From Fimbriimonadaceae bacterium (GTDB lineage Bacteria > Armatimonadota > Fimbriimonadia > Fimbriimonadales > Fimbriimonadaceae): a DNA stretch of 33,763 nt. The stretch lies in contig JBKJIP010000271.1 of assembly GCA_046598515.1 (NCBI GenBank), forward strand, positions 1-33,763. The letters run 5' to 3'. The notes below the pieces were generated by a model. It was not told where the DNA came from. It saw only the letters and a list, made by a program, of their open reading frames with translations, and did not search any database. Each line of letters begins with the position of its first letter. Positions within the stretch are counted from its first letter, which is position 1. Shown here one piece after another: positions 16,572 through 24,452 of the stretch. The translations under genes and the position numbers were made by a program.

Positions 16572-16647
16572 TGGTGGGCCCGGTGGGGATCGAACCCACG
16601 ACCATGCGGTTATGAGCCGCGTGCTCTAACCCCTGAGCTACAGGCCC
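16572..16647 (-). tRNA. tRNA with CAT anticodon (elongator Met or lysidine-modified Ile2), CCA encoded
   Basis: Hand-folded 76-nt cloverleaf. Acceptor GGGCCTG/CGGGCCC (one G-U). T8 A9. D-arm GCTC-AGGGGTTA-GAGC. Anticodon arm CGCGG-CTCATAA-CCGCA (one mismatch). T-arm GTGGG-TTCGATC-CCCAC. A73-CCA. G1-C72 excludes initiator tRNA. Confidence 0.85.
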
Positions 16648-16870
16648 GCCTGGAGTCGGATCATACCTGTTATGAACCTAATCGGGAGTTGAGTGGCGTG
16701 ACAGCTACTCTCGGGTTGTCGCGGTACAGACCTCCGCGACCCACAATTGACTTTCTCCTTCCCCCAAGGGTTGTCACCCATTTGAGCGACCCAGCAATTT
16801 GCCTAAGCTGGGACTGAACAAGTAGCGGCAAGACCCGTCTATTCGTACTTCGGAGGTCTAGCTCTTTACG

Positions 16871-17557
16871 ATGAACCTAAAATCCATTTTTGCGGTCGCG
16901 CTATTCTCAGTGGTGGCAATCGCAAGCGCCCAAGGTGGCGGCGGCGGACAGCGCGGCGGAATGCAGCGCATGGGCGGCGATTCGCTCAACGGACTCCTGC
17001 GACGCACGGACGTCCAGGCTGAGCTCAAGCTCACAGATGATCAGAAGACGAAGCTCGTACCGCAGCGCGGTGGCGGTGCAGGTGGAGCAGGCGGCGGCCA
17101 GGGCGGCGGTCAGCGCGGTCAGGGCGGAGCCGGTGGCGGCGGTGGTCAAGGCGGCGGTCAGGCGGTCGACCCGGCAGCCATGCGACAGCGCCAAGCCGAG
17201 CAAGAGAAGCTTGTTTTCGACACGCTCGACGCGACCCAGGGCGCTCGCCTCAAAGGTCTTTATGTTCAGCGCGTTGGTAACCGAGCCGTTCTTAGCGGCG
17301 TGATCGCCAAGGACCTGGAACTCACGGCCGATCAGAACAAGAAGATCGAAGGGCTTCAAGCCAAGCAGCGCGAAGCGATGCAGGCCGTCATGGAAAAGAG
17401 GCGCAACGGTGAAATCGAGCGCGATCAGATCCAAGACATCATGAAGAAGAACAACGACATCTTCAGCGAAGAGCTCGGCAAGATCCTCACCGAGGATCAG
17501 AAGGGCAAGCTGAAAACGATGCGCGGCGCCGACTTCAAGTTCGTCGACGGCAACTAA
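16871..17557 (+). CDS. secreted Gly-rich LTXXQ-motif (Spy/CpxP-like) periplasmic protein, paralog of 10595-11155
   Basis: Signal peptide MNLKSIFAVALFSVVAIASAQ. GGGGGQRGGMQRMGG and a long (G/Q/A)n tract. LTDDQKTKL, LTADQNKKIEGLQ and LTEDQKGKLKTM motifs. Confidence 0.65.
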   Translation: MNLKSIFAVALFSVVAIASAQGGGGGQRGGMQRMGGDSLNGLLRRTDVQAELKLTDDQKTKLVPQRGGGAGGAGGGQGGGQRGQGGAGGGGGQGGGQAVDPAAMRQRQAEQEKLVFDTLDATQGARLKGLYVQRVGNRAVLSGVIAKDLELTADQNKKIEGLQAKQREAMQAVMEKRRNGEIERDQIQDIMKKNNDIFSEELGKILTEDQKGKLKTMRGADFKFVDGN

Positions 17558-17587
17558 GCTTAACTAAGCACGTCAAACAACCTCTAC

Positions 17588-17620
17588 GGGCCTCGCCGAC
17601 TAGGCGGGGCCCTGGTTTTT
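17588..17620 (+). terminator. rho-independent terminator
   Basis: GGGCCTCGCC-GACTA-GGCGGGGCCC (10-bp stem with one G-U) followed by TGGTTTTT, 30 nt after the stop codon at 17557. Confidence 0.75.
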
Positions 17621-17650
17621 GTCCGACCGCCTTCGAAGCCCCCTCGCTAG

Positions 17651-17690
17651 CTTGTCGGCTCGCCACACGAGGGCGTGTGGCGCGAACAGG
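17651..17690 (+). repeat. REP-like element, family 2 (core CCACACG-AGGG-CGTGTGG)
   Basis: CGCCACACG-AGGG-CGTGTGGCG forms a 9-bp perfect stem. The flanks (cttGTCGGC...GAACA) match the copies at 23090-23131, 23158-23197 and 23207-23246. Confidence 0.7.
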
Positions 17691-17728
17691 AAGGCCCAAA
17701 TAGTTCGAATCCAAGATCCCTGTTCGTC

Positions 17729-17756
17729 GATTTACGATTTACGACTTACAATTTAC
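17729..17756 (+). repeat. four tandem heptamers GATTTAC-GATTTAC-GACTTAC-AATTTAC
   Basis: Read directly from the sequence in the roughly 250-nt untranslated region upstream of the DEAD-box helicase gene. Confidence 0.7.
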
Positions 17757-17869
17757 GGACTCTAAAATGATCAACTTTTCCGCGCAATAGGCCCAAAACT
17801 GAACATTCAGTTGAGTCTAAGCGTCATAATGAACGTGCCTGAGCAGATGCTCTCTGCTTGGGTTTTCTT

Positions 17870-19357
17870 ATGCCTGAAACACTGAATGAGGTGAGCTTCA
17901 AGTCGCTCGGCCTCCCCCGAAACTTACTCGACTTACTTGACCGCTTGGGATTCGTCACCCCAACCCCGATTCAAAACCTATCGATCCCGATCGCCTCCAA
18001 GGGCACAGACATGATCGGCATCGCGCAAACCGGCACCGGAAAGACTTTAGCCTTTGCGTTGCCCATTGCCGCCCGGCTACAGCAGGACCGGATGGCCCTG
18101 GTGCTTGCTCCTACGCGTGAACTCGCGGAGCAGATCGCCGTCGTTTTCCAAAAGCTTGGACTGAACACCGCTCTTCTGATCGGTGGCGAAGGTATGCAGA
18201 AGCAGAAGAACCAGCTTCGCAGCCGCGTCCAAGTGATCGTCGCCACACCCGGACGCCTAGAGGATCATATCCGCCAAGGTTATCGTGCGCTTAAGCATGC
18301 CGAAATCGTCGTTCTCGATGAAGCCGATCGCATGCTCGATATGGGCTTCGCGCCTGCCATTCACCGCATCCTCGGCCATGTCCCGACGGATCGGCAAACG
18401 ATGCTCTTCTCGGCCACGATGCCGAAGGAAATCTCGGATCTCGCCTCGGCTTATCTGCGCAACCCTGCGCGGGTGGACGTAAAGCCGTCGGGCACGACCG
18501 CGGAAGGCATCGACCAAGAGTTGGTCATCGTCAACAAAGACGATAAGCCAGGTGTGCTCGGCGACTTGCTCGCTGCCCACAATGGCTCTATTCTTGTTTT
18601 CGCCCGAACCCGGCACGGTGCTCGAAAGATCGCGCACTCGATTCGGGTGCTCGGCCATTCCGCCGCGGAGATCCACGCCGATCGATCCCTTCCCCAGCGG
18701 CGCGCCGCTCTTGAAGGTTTCAAAACGGGTGAGCATCGCGTCCTCGTCGCCACCGATATCGCCGCGCGCGGTATCGATGTGAAAGACATTTCACTGGTCA
18801 TCAACTACGATGTGCCGGAGAAGCCGGAAGATTACATTCACCGAATCGGCCGCACCGGCCGCGCCGGTGCGCGTGGTTTGGCGATCATGATCGCCACGCC
18901 TGATCAGCAGCGAGACGTTCTCGATATCGAAAGGCTGATGAGGATCACGATCCCCGTCTCCCCGCGATCCCGAGTTCGCATGGCCGCTACGAACGCCGGT
19001 CACGAGCGATCCGCTCAGCGCCGACAGCCTCAGGGCCGTCCGTCGTCACCAGGTCGACCGCCGCGGGCTGAGGGCAATGCCCCGAAGGCGCCGGATACGC
19101 GAAGCCATGGCGCACCGCGCCACGAGGCCAAGCCTCACGATCACCGTCCTGCTCGACCGTCCAACCCTATGCCGAACGCGAAGGTCGATCAGCCCATCAA
19201 GCCGAAGCGAACAGATCACAGCGACCGCCCGAAAGGTGGTCAAAGCGAAACTCCGGCCGCAAAGAGCACGGGATTCCATAGGGGTCCGGCGTCCAATCCG
19301 AAGCCGAGACGGCTGAACTGGTCCGGCGGACGCCCCACATCGAAGAAGCGCCGCTAG
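17870..19357 (+). CDS. DEAD-box ATP-dependent RNA helicase with basic low-complexity C-terminal tail
   Basis: Q motif PTPIQ, motif I AQTGTGKT, Ia PTRELA, Ib TPGRL, II VLDEADRM, III SAT, V/VI ARGIDV and HRIGRTGRAG. ATG 17870 is preferred over the TTG at 17858. Confidence 0.9.
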   Translation: MPETLNEVSFKSLGLPRNLLDLLDRLGFVTPTPIQNLSIPIASKGTDMIGIAQTGTGKTLAFALPIAARLQQDRMALVLAPTRELAEQIAVVFQKLGLNTALLIGGEGMQKQKNQLRSRVQVIVATPGRLEDHIRQGYRALKHAEIVVLDEADRMLDMGFAPAIHRILGHVPTDRQTMLFSATMPKEISDLASAYLRNPARVDVKPSGTTAEGIDQELVIVNKDDKPGVLGDLLAAHNGSILVFARTRHGARKIAHSIRVLGHSAAEIHADRSLPQRRAALEGFKTGEHRVLVATDIAARGIDVKDISLVINYDVPEKPEDYIHRIGRTGRAGARGLAIMIATPDQQRDVLDIERLMRITIPVSPRSRVRMAATNAGHERSAQRRQPQGRPSSPGRPPRAEGNAPKAPDTRSHGAPRHEAKPHDHRPARPSNPMPNAKVDQPIKPKRTDHSDRPKGGQSETPAAKSTGFHRGPASNPKPRRLNWSGGRPTSKKRR

Positions 19358-19358
19358 G

Positions 19359-21983
19359 CTACTGTTCTTCCCACTTCACCAGCGGAAGCTCGCTGGGTAC
19401 GTGAACGTCAGGGTGACTCGGTATCACCCTGACTGTATAGCCTCGGTTTCCGGGTTGTTCGCAAACGAAGCTGCCCGCATACGTGGCGACTGATCCTTCT
19501 TGCGACTCAAACTCCAGATCGACTACGGATGCGTCAAAGAGATCGCGTCCCGAGCCCACCTGTCCGATGACCGCTTGAGCACGGATATCTGACGCGGGAA
19601 GGCCGTCGATCTCTACTTCAGCGGTGACGCGCAAGCTGTTCCCTACCGAGCAACTCACGCCGCCATTGTCGCGGACCGACACGATATGAACGGAGTCCCA
19701 TGAGTGCTGGATGCGTTCCCGCCACTTCAGCGCCTCGGCGACACGGTCCGGTGAGGAATCCAGGCGAGTGAATGCCTCATGAGAAGGCAGGTATGCCTTC
19801 TGGGCATAGTCCATTACCATCCGGGCGCTGGAGAACTGAGGAGCAAGCTTCGTGATCGACTTCTTGATCATTTCCACCCAGCCTAGCGGCACCGCGCCAT
19901 CGATGCGGTGGTAGAACGTGGGTGCGATTTCCGTCTCCAAAAGGTGGTAGAGGGTGCGGCTATCCAGCCAGTCCTGCTGTCCGTCGTCGGGCAGATCGAT
20001 TCGACCGCCAATCGCCCAGCCCAGCCCCGGCTCGTAGGCTTCATCCCACCATCCATCGAGAATGGAGCAGTTGAGCGCGCCATTCGGCACCGCCTTCATG
20101 CCGCTCGTGCCGCTCGCTTCCATGGGGCGCCGAGGATTATTCAGCCAGACATCGACGCCTTGAACCAGCATGCGGGCGACCCGCATATCGTAGTCCTCGA
20201 GGAACACCATTCGGGAACGGCCGCCTTCATGTTCGATGAAGTGGTTTAGCTCCTGAATGAGCTTCTTTCCGCCATCGTCCCGCGGGTGAGATTTACCGGC
20301 GATGATGATCTGGATTGGCCGCTCCGTGTGGAACAAGAGTTCCTTGAAGCGATCCTTGTCCAAGAGCATGAGCGTTCCGCGCTTATAGGTCGCGAAGCGG
20401 CGGGCGAAGCCGATGGTGAGGACGCGCGGATCGAGAATCGATTCCACTTGTCCGAACGTGGCCCGTCCGAATCCCTTGCGCTGTCCGGTCTCGCGCAAAT
20501 ACTTGCGAACGAAGCGAACGAGGTCGCCCCGCTGGTTCTCACGAATAGCCCAGAGTTCGTCATCGGGAATGTCCTGCACGCCCTTCCAAACCTCGGGGTC
20601 ATGCGTATTAGCACGCCAAGACTTGCCAAGATACTGATCGAACAAGTTCGTCATTTTGGCGCTAGTCCAGGTGCCCACATGGGCGCCGTTCGTCACCGCT
20701 TGGATCGGCACCTCCTCTTCCGGGAAGTCCGGCCAACGAGGGTGGAACATCTCGCGGGAAACCTTGGCGTGAAGCTTGGAGACCCCGTTCACGACATTGG
20801 AGTTCTCCATGGCGAGCAGGGCCATATTGAAGGGCTCGTTGATGTCGGAAGGATTCATCCTGCCCATCTTCAAGAAGTCGGAGAAGGCGACGCGAGCCTG
20901 TGAGGCCACCTTTCCGACGTACTTTTCCACCATCTCGGCCCGAAAGACGTCGAACCCGGCCGGGACCGGCGTATGCGTCGTGAAGACATTGCCGTGAACA
21001 TTAATCTGCCGAGCCGTGCGGAAATCACAGCCCGTATCTACCACCATCTGTCGGATGCGCTCGATCGACATGAATGCGGCGTGGCCTTCATTCATGTGGC
21101 AGACCGTGGGGCGAAGCCCAAGCTGCTGAAGAACGCGCATGCCGCCGACGCCCAGGATCAGTTCCTGGCGAAGCCGTGTCTCCTCGTCGCCGCCGTAGAG
21201 CGTGTCGGTAATGGTTTGATCAGAGGGCTCATTCTCGAGCACATTGCTGTCAAGCAGATAGAGTTGGATTCGCCCAACTTCCGCCTTCCAGATCTGGCAA
21301 GTGACCATGCGGTCGGGGAGCTCTACTTCGACTCGCTCTGCCCGCCCGTCCGGCGTTCTAAGCAGCGTCAAGGGCATCTGGAAGAAATCGTAAGCGGGAT
21401 AGTATTCCTGCTGCCAGCCGTCGGGCGTGAGAATTTGGCGGAAATAGCCCTTGGTGTATAGCAAGCCAACGCCAACCAACGGTAGGCCAAGATCGGAGGC
21501 CGCTTTCAGGTGGTCGCCGGCCAAGACGCCGAGGCCGCCGGAATAGATGGGCAGGGATTCGCTGATGCCGAACTCAGCGCAGAAATAAGCGACGAGCAGC
21601 TCATTGTCCGGATAGTTCTCTTGGAACCACTTCGGATCGGTGAGGTAGCGATCCAAATCCTCACTGCACTCGGTCAGCATGCTTAGGAACACCCGGTCGG
21701 TGCTCAGCTCGGCCAAGCGCTCCTTTGAGGCGCGCCGGATCAGTTCGACGGGGTTATGCCCCAGTTCCTCAAAGAGCTTGCGGTCGATTTCGCGGAAGAG
21801 CTCGCGGGTCCGATGGTGCCAAGTCCAGCGGAAATTGCGCGTCAGCTTCAAGAGAGGCTGTAACGCAGGCGGCAACTCGGCCACCACTTCAAAGGAATGG
21901 GTGCATTTAGGGTGCTTCAACCCCCCTATTATGGGAGCTTGCCGAGTTTTAGGTCTGGTTGAACCACTTTTGGAACTGCTCAT
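19359..21983 (-). CDS. glgP: alpha-glucan (glycogen/maltodextrin) phosphorylase, GT35
   Basis: 874-aa ORF. LTRNFRWTWHH N-terminal motif, YSGGLGVLAGDHLKAASDLGLP, PLP-lysine motif EASGTSGMKAVPNGALN. The start overlaps the upstream gene by 35 nt, so it is uncertain. Confidence 0.88.
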   Translation of the reverse strand: MSSSKSGSTRPKTRQAPIIGGLKHPKCTHSFEVVAELPPALQPLLKLTRNFRWTWHHRTRELFREIDRKLFEELGHNPVELIRRASKERLAELSTDRVFLSMLTECSEDLDRYLTDPKWFQENYPDNELLVAYFCAEFGISESLPIYSGGLGVLAGDHLKAASDLGLPLVGVGLLYTKGYFRQILTPDGWQQEYYPAYDFFQMPLTLLRTPDGRAERVEVELPDRMVTCQIWKAEVGRIQLYLLDSNVLENEPSDQTITDTLYGGDEETRLRQELILGVGGMRVLQQLGLRPTVCHMNEGHAAFMSIERIRQMVVDTGCDFRTARQINVHGNVFTTHTPVPAGFDVFRAEMVEKYVGKVASQARVAFSDFLKMGRMNPSDINEPFNMALLAMENSNVVNGVSKLHAKVSREMFHPRWPDFPEEEVPIQAVTNGAHVGTWTSAKMTNLFDQYLGKSWRANTHDPEVWKGVQDIPDDELWAIRENQRGDLVRFVRKYLRETGQRKGFGRATFGQVESILDPRVLTIGFARRFATYKRGTLMLLDKDRFKELLFHTERPIQIIIAGKSHPRDDGGKKLIQELNHFIEHEGGRSRMVFLEDYDMRVARMLVQGVDVWLNNPRRPMEASGTSGMKAVPNGALNCSILDGWWDEAYEPGLGWAIGGRIDLPDDGQQDWLDSRTLYHLLETEIAPTFYHRIDGAVPLGWVEMIKKSITKLAPQFSSARMVMDYAQKAYLPSHEAFTRLDSSPDRVAEALKWRERIQHSWDSVHIVSVRDNGGVSCSVGNSLRVTAEVEIDGLPASDIRAQAVIGQVGSGRDLFDASVVDLEFESQEGSVATYAGSFVCEQPGNRGYTVRVIPSHPDVHVPSELPLVKWEEQ

Positions 21984-22941
21984 TCACCCAGGAAGCGCGA
22001 ACCGCCATGCTGAGAGCGAGGTTCTCGATGATGCCGAGGTGATACAGCGTGTTCGGAATGAACGTCTGATACTCCAGCTTCCCATCTTCAAAGCCCCATG
22101 AGCCGATCATCTGACAGCGAAGCCACTCTTTACGCTCCAGGTTGTTGAGCTCCATCGCCGTGTGAGCGCATCGCTCCGGTCCCAAATGAAGCGGAATCAT
22201 GAGCCGCATCCGCAGGCCACTCCCCAGGGTGGGATGCGGTTCCGTGCTGGTCACCACGAGTTCGATCGGTGTCGACGGATCTAAGAACCACGGAAACACA
22301 GCTCGGCAGAATGTGGACTTGTCGGTCTCGAACCGATCCGCTTGACGGTCCATAGCCCAGCCGACTTCCTGCCATTCCCCATTGTCAGTCCACCGTGAAG
22401 GTCCTCTGCCATAAGGCTTGAAAAAGCGGTCCATGGCGCCGAGAATGGGGTCCGGTTGACTTCGAAGTCCGTGAGCGGGGTGCTCGGAGATCGCGGGCAC
22501 CGCATGTAGTTTCTGCGCCAACTGGTGGCCGAAAACGTGGGCCTCGTCCACCTGCAAAGCCGTCCCGCCAATGAAGACCTTGGGCAGCCAATCTTCGTTG
22601 TCGTGCGTGAAATAGCCCGAGGAATGAAGAACATAGCAATCGCGGTCGACGTCGAAGCAGACCGCGCTGGTTGTCGCATGGCCCATTTCCGTAGCCAAAG
22701 CGAGCTCAAACTGTTGGGCCTTGCCTCGACCGAGAATAAAGTCGGTCTCAACATGAACCCGGAAGTAGGACTGGGCATTGCTGAACACGCCCTCGTCCGC
22801 CCACACTTTTTGCGAGAACTCTTCCGCCCACCACTTGAAGCCGCGCGCGAAGTCGCTTCTCCAATGGTCAGGCACCTTCAACGTATCGTGAATTTGACTC
22901 ACGAGTTCGAGTCCAAAATCTGTTTTTCCGCGCCAGTCCAT
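21949..22941 (-). CDS. hypothetical protein, no recognised domain
   Basis: 330-aa ORF with protein-like composition (many Trp/His/Phe, not Arg/Pro/Gly shadow-like). Same strand as glgP and overlapping its start. No signal peptide or TM helix. Confidence 0.6.
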   Translation of the reverse strand: MDWRGKTDFGLELVSQIHDTLKVPDHWRSDFARGFKWWAEEFSQKVWADEGVFSNAQSYFRVHVETDFILGRGKAQQFELALATEMGHATTSAVCFDVDRDCYVLHSSGYFTHDNEDWLPKVFIGGTALQVDEAHVFGHQLAQKLHAVPAISEHPAHGLRSQPDPILGAMDRFFKPYGRGPSRWTDNGEWQEVGWAMDRQADRFETDKSTFCRAVFPWFLDPSTPIELVVTSTEPHPTLGSGLRMRLMIPLHLGPERCAHTAMELNNLERKEWLRCQMIGSWGFEDGKLEYQTFIPNTLYHLGIIENLALSMAVRASWVNEQFQKWFNQT

Positions 22942-23071
22942 TAACCCTCCTAGCTTGCGTAAGTGTTAGCATAACGCACCGCAACTGGAATTAGGTTGCA
23001 TTCGGACCAAATGGCCTGGAAAATTACGACAGGAAATGACGCTTGCAAGTCGTTTACCAGGGCCGTACGTA

Positions 23072-23246
23072 GCCTGGACTCGGTTGGAGGCTGGTCGGCA
23101 CACCCATACGAGGGCGTATGGTGTGAACAAGCTCCGGAGCCTGGACTCAGTTTGGAAGCTGGTCGCCAAACCACACGAGGGCGTTTGGTGTGAACAATTT
23201 CCGCCAATGTTAACGGCACACGCCCTCGTGTGTCGTGCCTACCAGC
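23072..23246. repeat. REP-like family-2 cluster: two 67-bp tandem units plus one inverted copy
   Basis: Unit 1 at 23072-23138 and unit 2 at 23139-23205 (GCCTGGACTC.G.TTGGA.GCTGGTCG.C...ACGAGGGCGT.TGGTGTGAACAA). Inverted core copy at 23207-23246 (CACACG-CCCT-CGTGTG). Confidence 0.75.
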
Positions 23247-23251
23247 ATTGC

Positions 23252-24409
23252 TTAGTCGTTTACCAGGGCCTTGCGTTCCAACTCTAGCCGGCGAACCTCC
23301 CCGCCAGATGAAATGGAGAGGGCGACCTTGGTGCCGACCTTGCCGTCGAGGATCGCTTCGAGCTCCCGATAGCCGATCGCGCCGAGCATGTCCTTGCCAT
23401 CGATCGAGAGAATCGTATCTCCGCGCTTAATGCCGGCTTCCTTGGCCGGACTTTCGGGCGAGACATTGGCGATCCGCACGCGGCCCGTAGCTTCGTGCCA
23501 GATTGCCGCCATGCCAATCGAACCGGTCGGCTCATTACCCACGCTGCCGGTCCAGTTTTCGAGCCAGACGCGCCGACGATCGTAGTCGATCGTGATGTTG
23601 AAATTCTTCAAGAAACCGTAGCCGATCGTCCCGTCACCCTCAGCCGAACTAGAAGGTAGGTCGATAATGCTCCAATAGCTCTCCGGAACCTTGACGCCGA
23701 AGATCGTCAAGTCGGTCATCTTCTTGTACCAACTGTCTACCGGGCCCGATGCCACCATCGCTTGCACCATGTAACGAGGAGTTTTATCACTCTTCCATTC
23801 GCCGATCCGCTCGAGGACATCGCGGTGAGTGGTCGCGTAGAATCCGTTGCCCGTGTCAAGCGCCAAGATCATCCGCTTACCGGAGGCGGTTTTGACTTCG
23901 GCTTCCACCGAGTTATGCCCGATCGGGAGCATCTTGAGAAGGAAAGTCTTGACGTTGTCCGGAGTTTTCTTTGTAATGTCGTAGCTCGGAGGGTGGAAGA
24001 TGAATTTCTTGTTTTGGAAGCTGATCTCGGTGATCTCGTTCTTGATCACATCGAAGCCCATGATTCCGTCGCAGTGAGTGTTATAGGCAAAACTGAAATC
24101 GGCAGGCTGCATAACCGCCTCGTGCTCGCCGCTGATCTTCTTGGAACCGAGACTTACCGACTTCAACTTGACGGTCTCGGCTTGGAACTCTCCCACGAAA
24201 TCGCGGAGGGTCATCTTGCCCGTGGCCTTTCCGAGAGAAATGTTGTTGTCGACGACGAAAGCCCCGCCGAACCCAGTGTCGAACATGAAGGACAACTTGC
24301 GGTCATTCAACGTGGCGTCGACGATGATCGCATTCTCACCGACGCGAAACGGCACTTCGACGCGCTCTTGCGTCAAGTTCAGGGCAATAAGGGCGGCTAA
24401 CATTGGCAT
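23252..24409 (-). CDS. double retropepsin-like aspartyl protease with C-terminal PDZ domain
   Basis: Two DTG motifs (SFMFDTGFGGAFVV and ILALDTGNGFYAT). C-terminal PDZ-like segment GRVRIANVSPESPAKEAGIKRGDTILSIDGKDM. Short hydrophobic N-terminus MPMLAALIALNL. Confidence 0.75.
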   Translation of the reverse strand: MPMLAALIALNLTQERVEVPFRVGENAIIVDATLNDRKLSFMFDTGFGGAFVVDNNISLGKATGKMTLRDFVGEFQAETVKLKSVSLGSKKISGEHEAVMQPADFSFAYNTHCDGIMGFDVIKNEITEISFQNKKFIFHPPSYDITKKTPDNVKTFLLKMLPIGHNSVEAEVKTASGKRMILALDTGNGFYATTHRDVLERIGEWKSDKTPRYMVQAMVASGPVDSWYKKMTDLTIFGVKVPESYWSIIDLPSSSAEGDGTIGYGFLKNFNITIDYDRRRVWLENWTGSVGNEPTGSIGMAAIWHEATGRVRIANVSPESPAKEAGIKRGDTILSIDGKDMLGAIGYRELEAILDGKVGTKVALSISSGGEVRRLELERKALVND

Positions 24410-24452
24410 TGAACAGGCTCCATTATCCTACGTCCGGGATCCACATCGGTTG

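Noticed and set aside
22950-23219. 89-aa minus-strand ORF crossing the REP-2 cluster.
   Set aside because: It is composed largely of translated repeat units and has no start context. It is kept only as evidence that the duplicated ..ALVND segment continues in an open frame (see the finding at 23041-23276).
23072-23246. Possible CRISPR array, because of repeated ~40-67-bp units.
   Set aside because: There are only two direct units plus one inverted copy. The units abut one another with no unique spacers and the cores are palindromic REP-like hairpins. No cas genes are present in the window.
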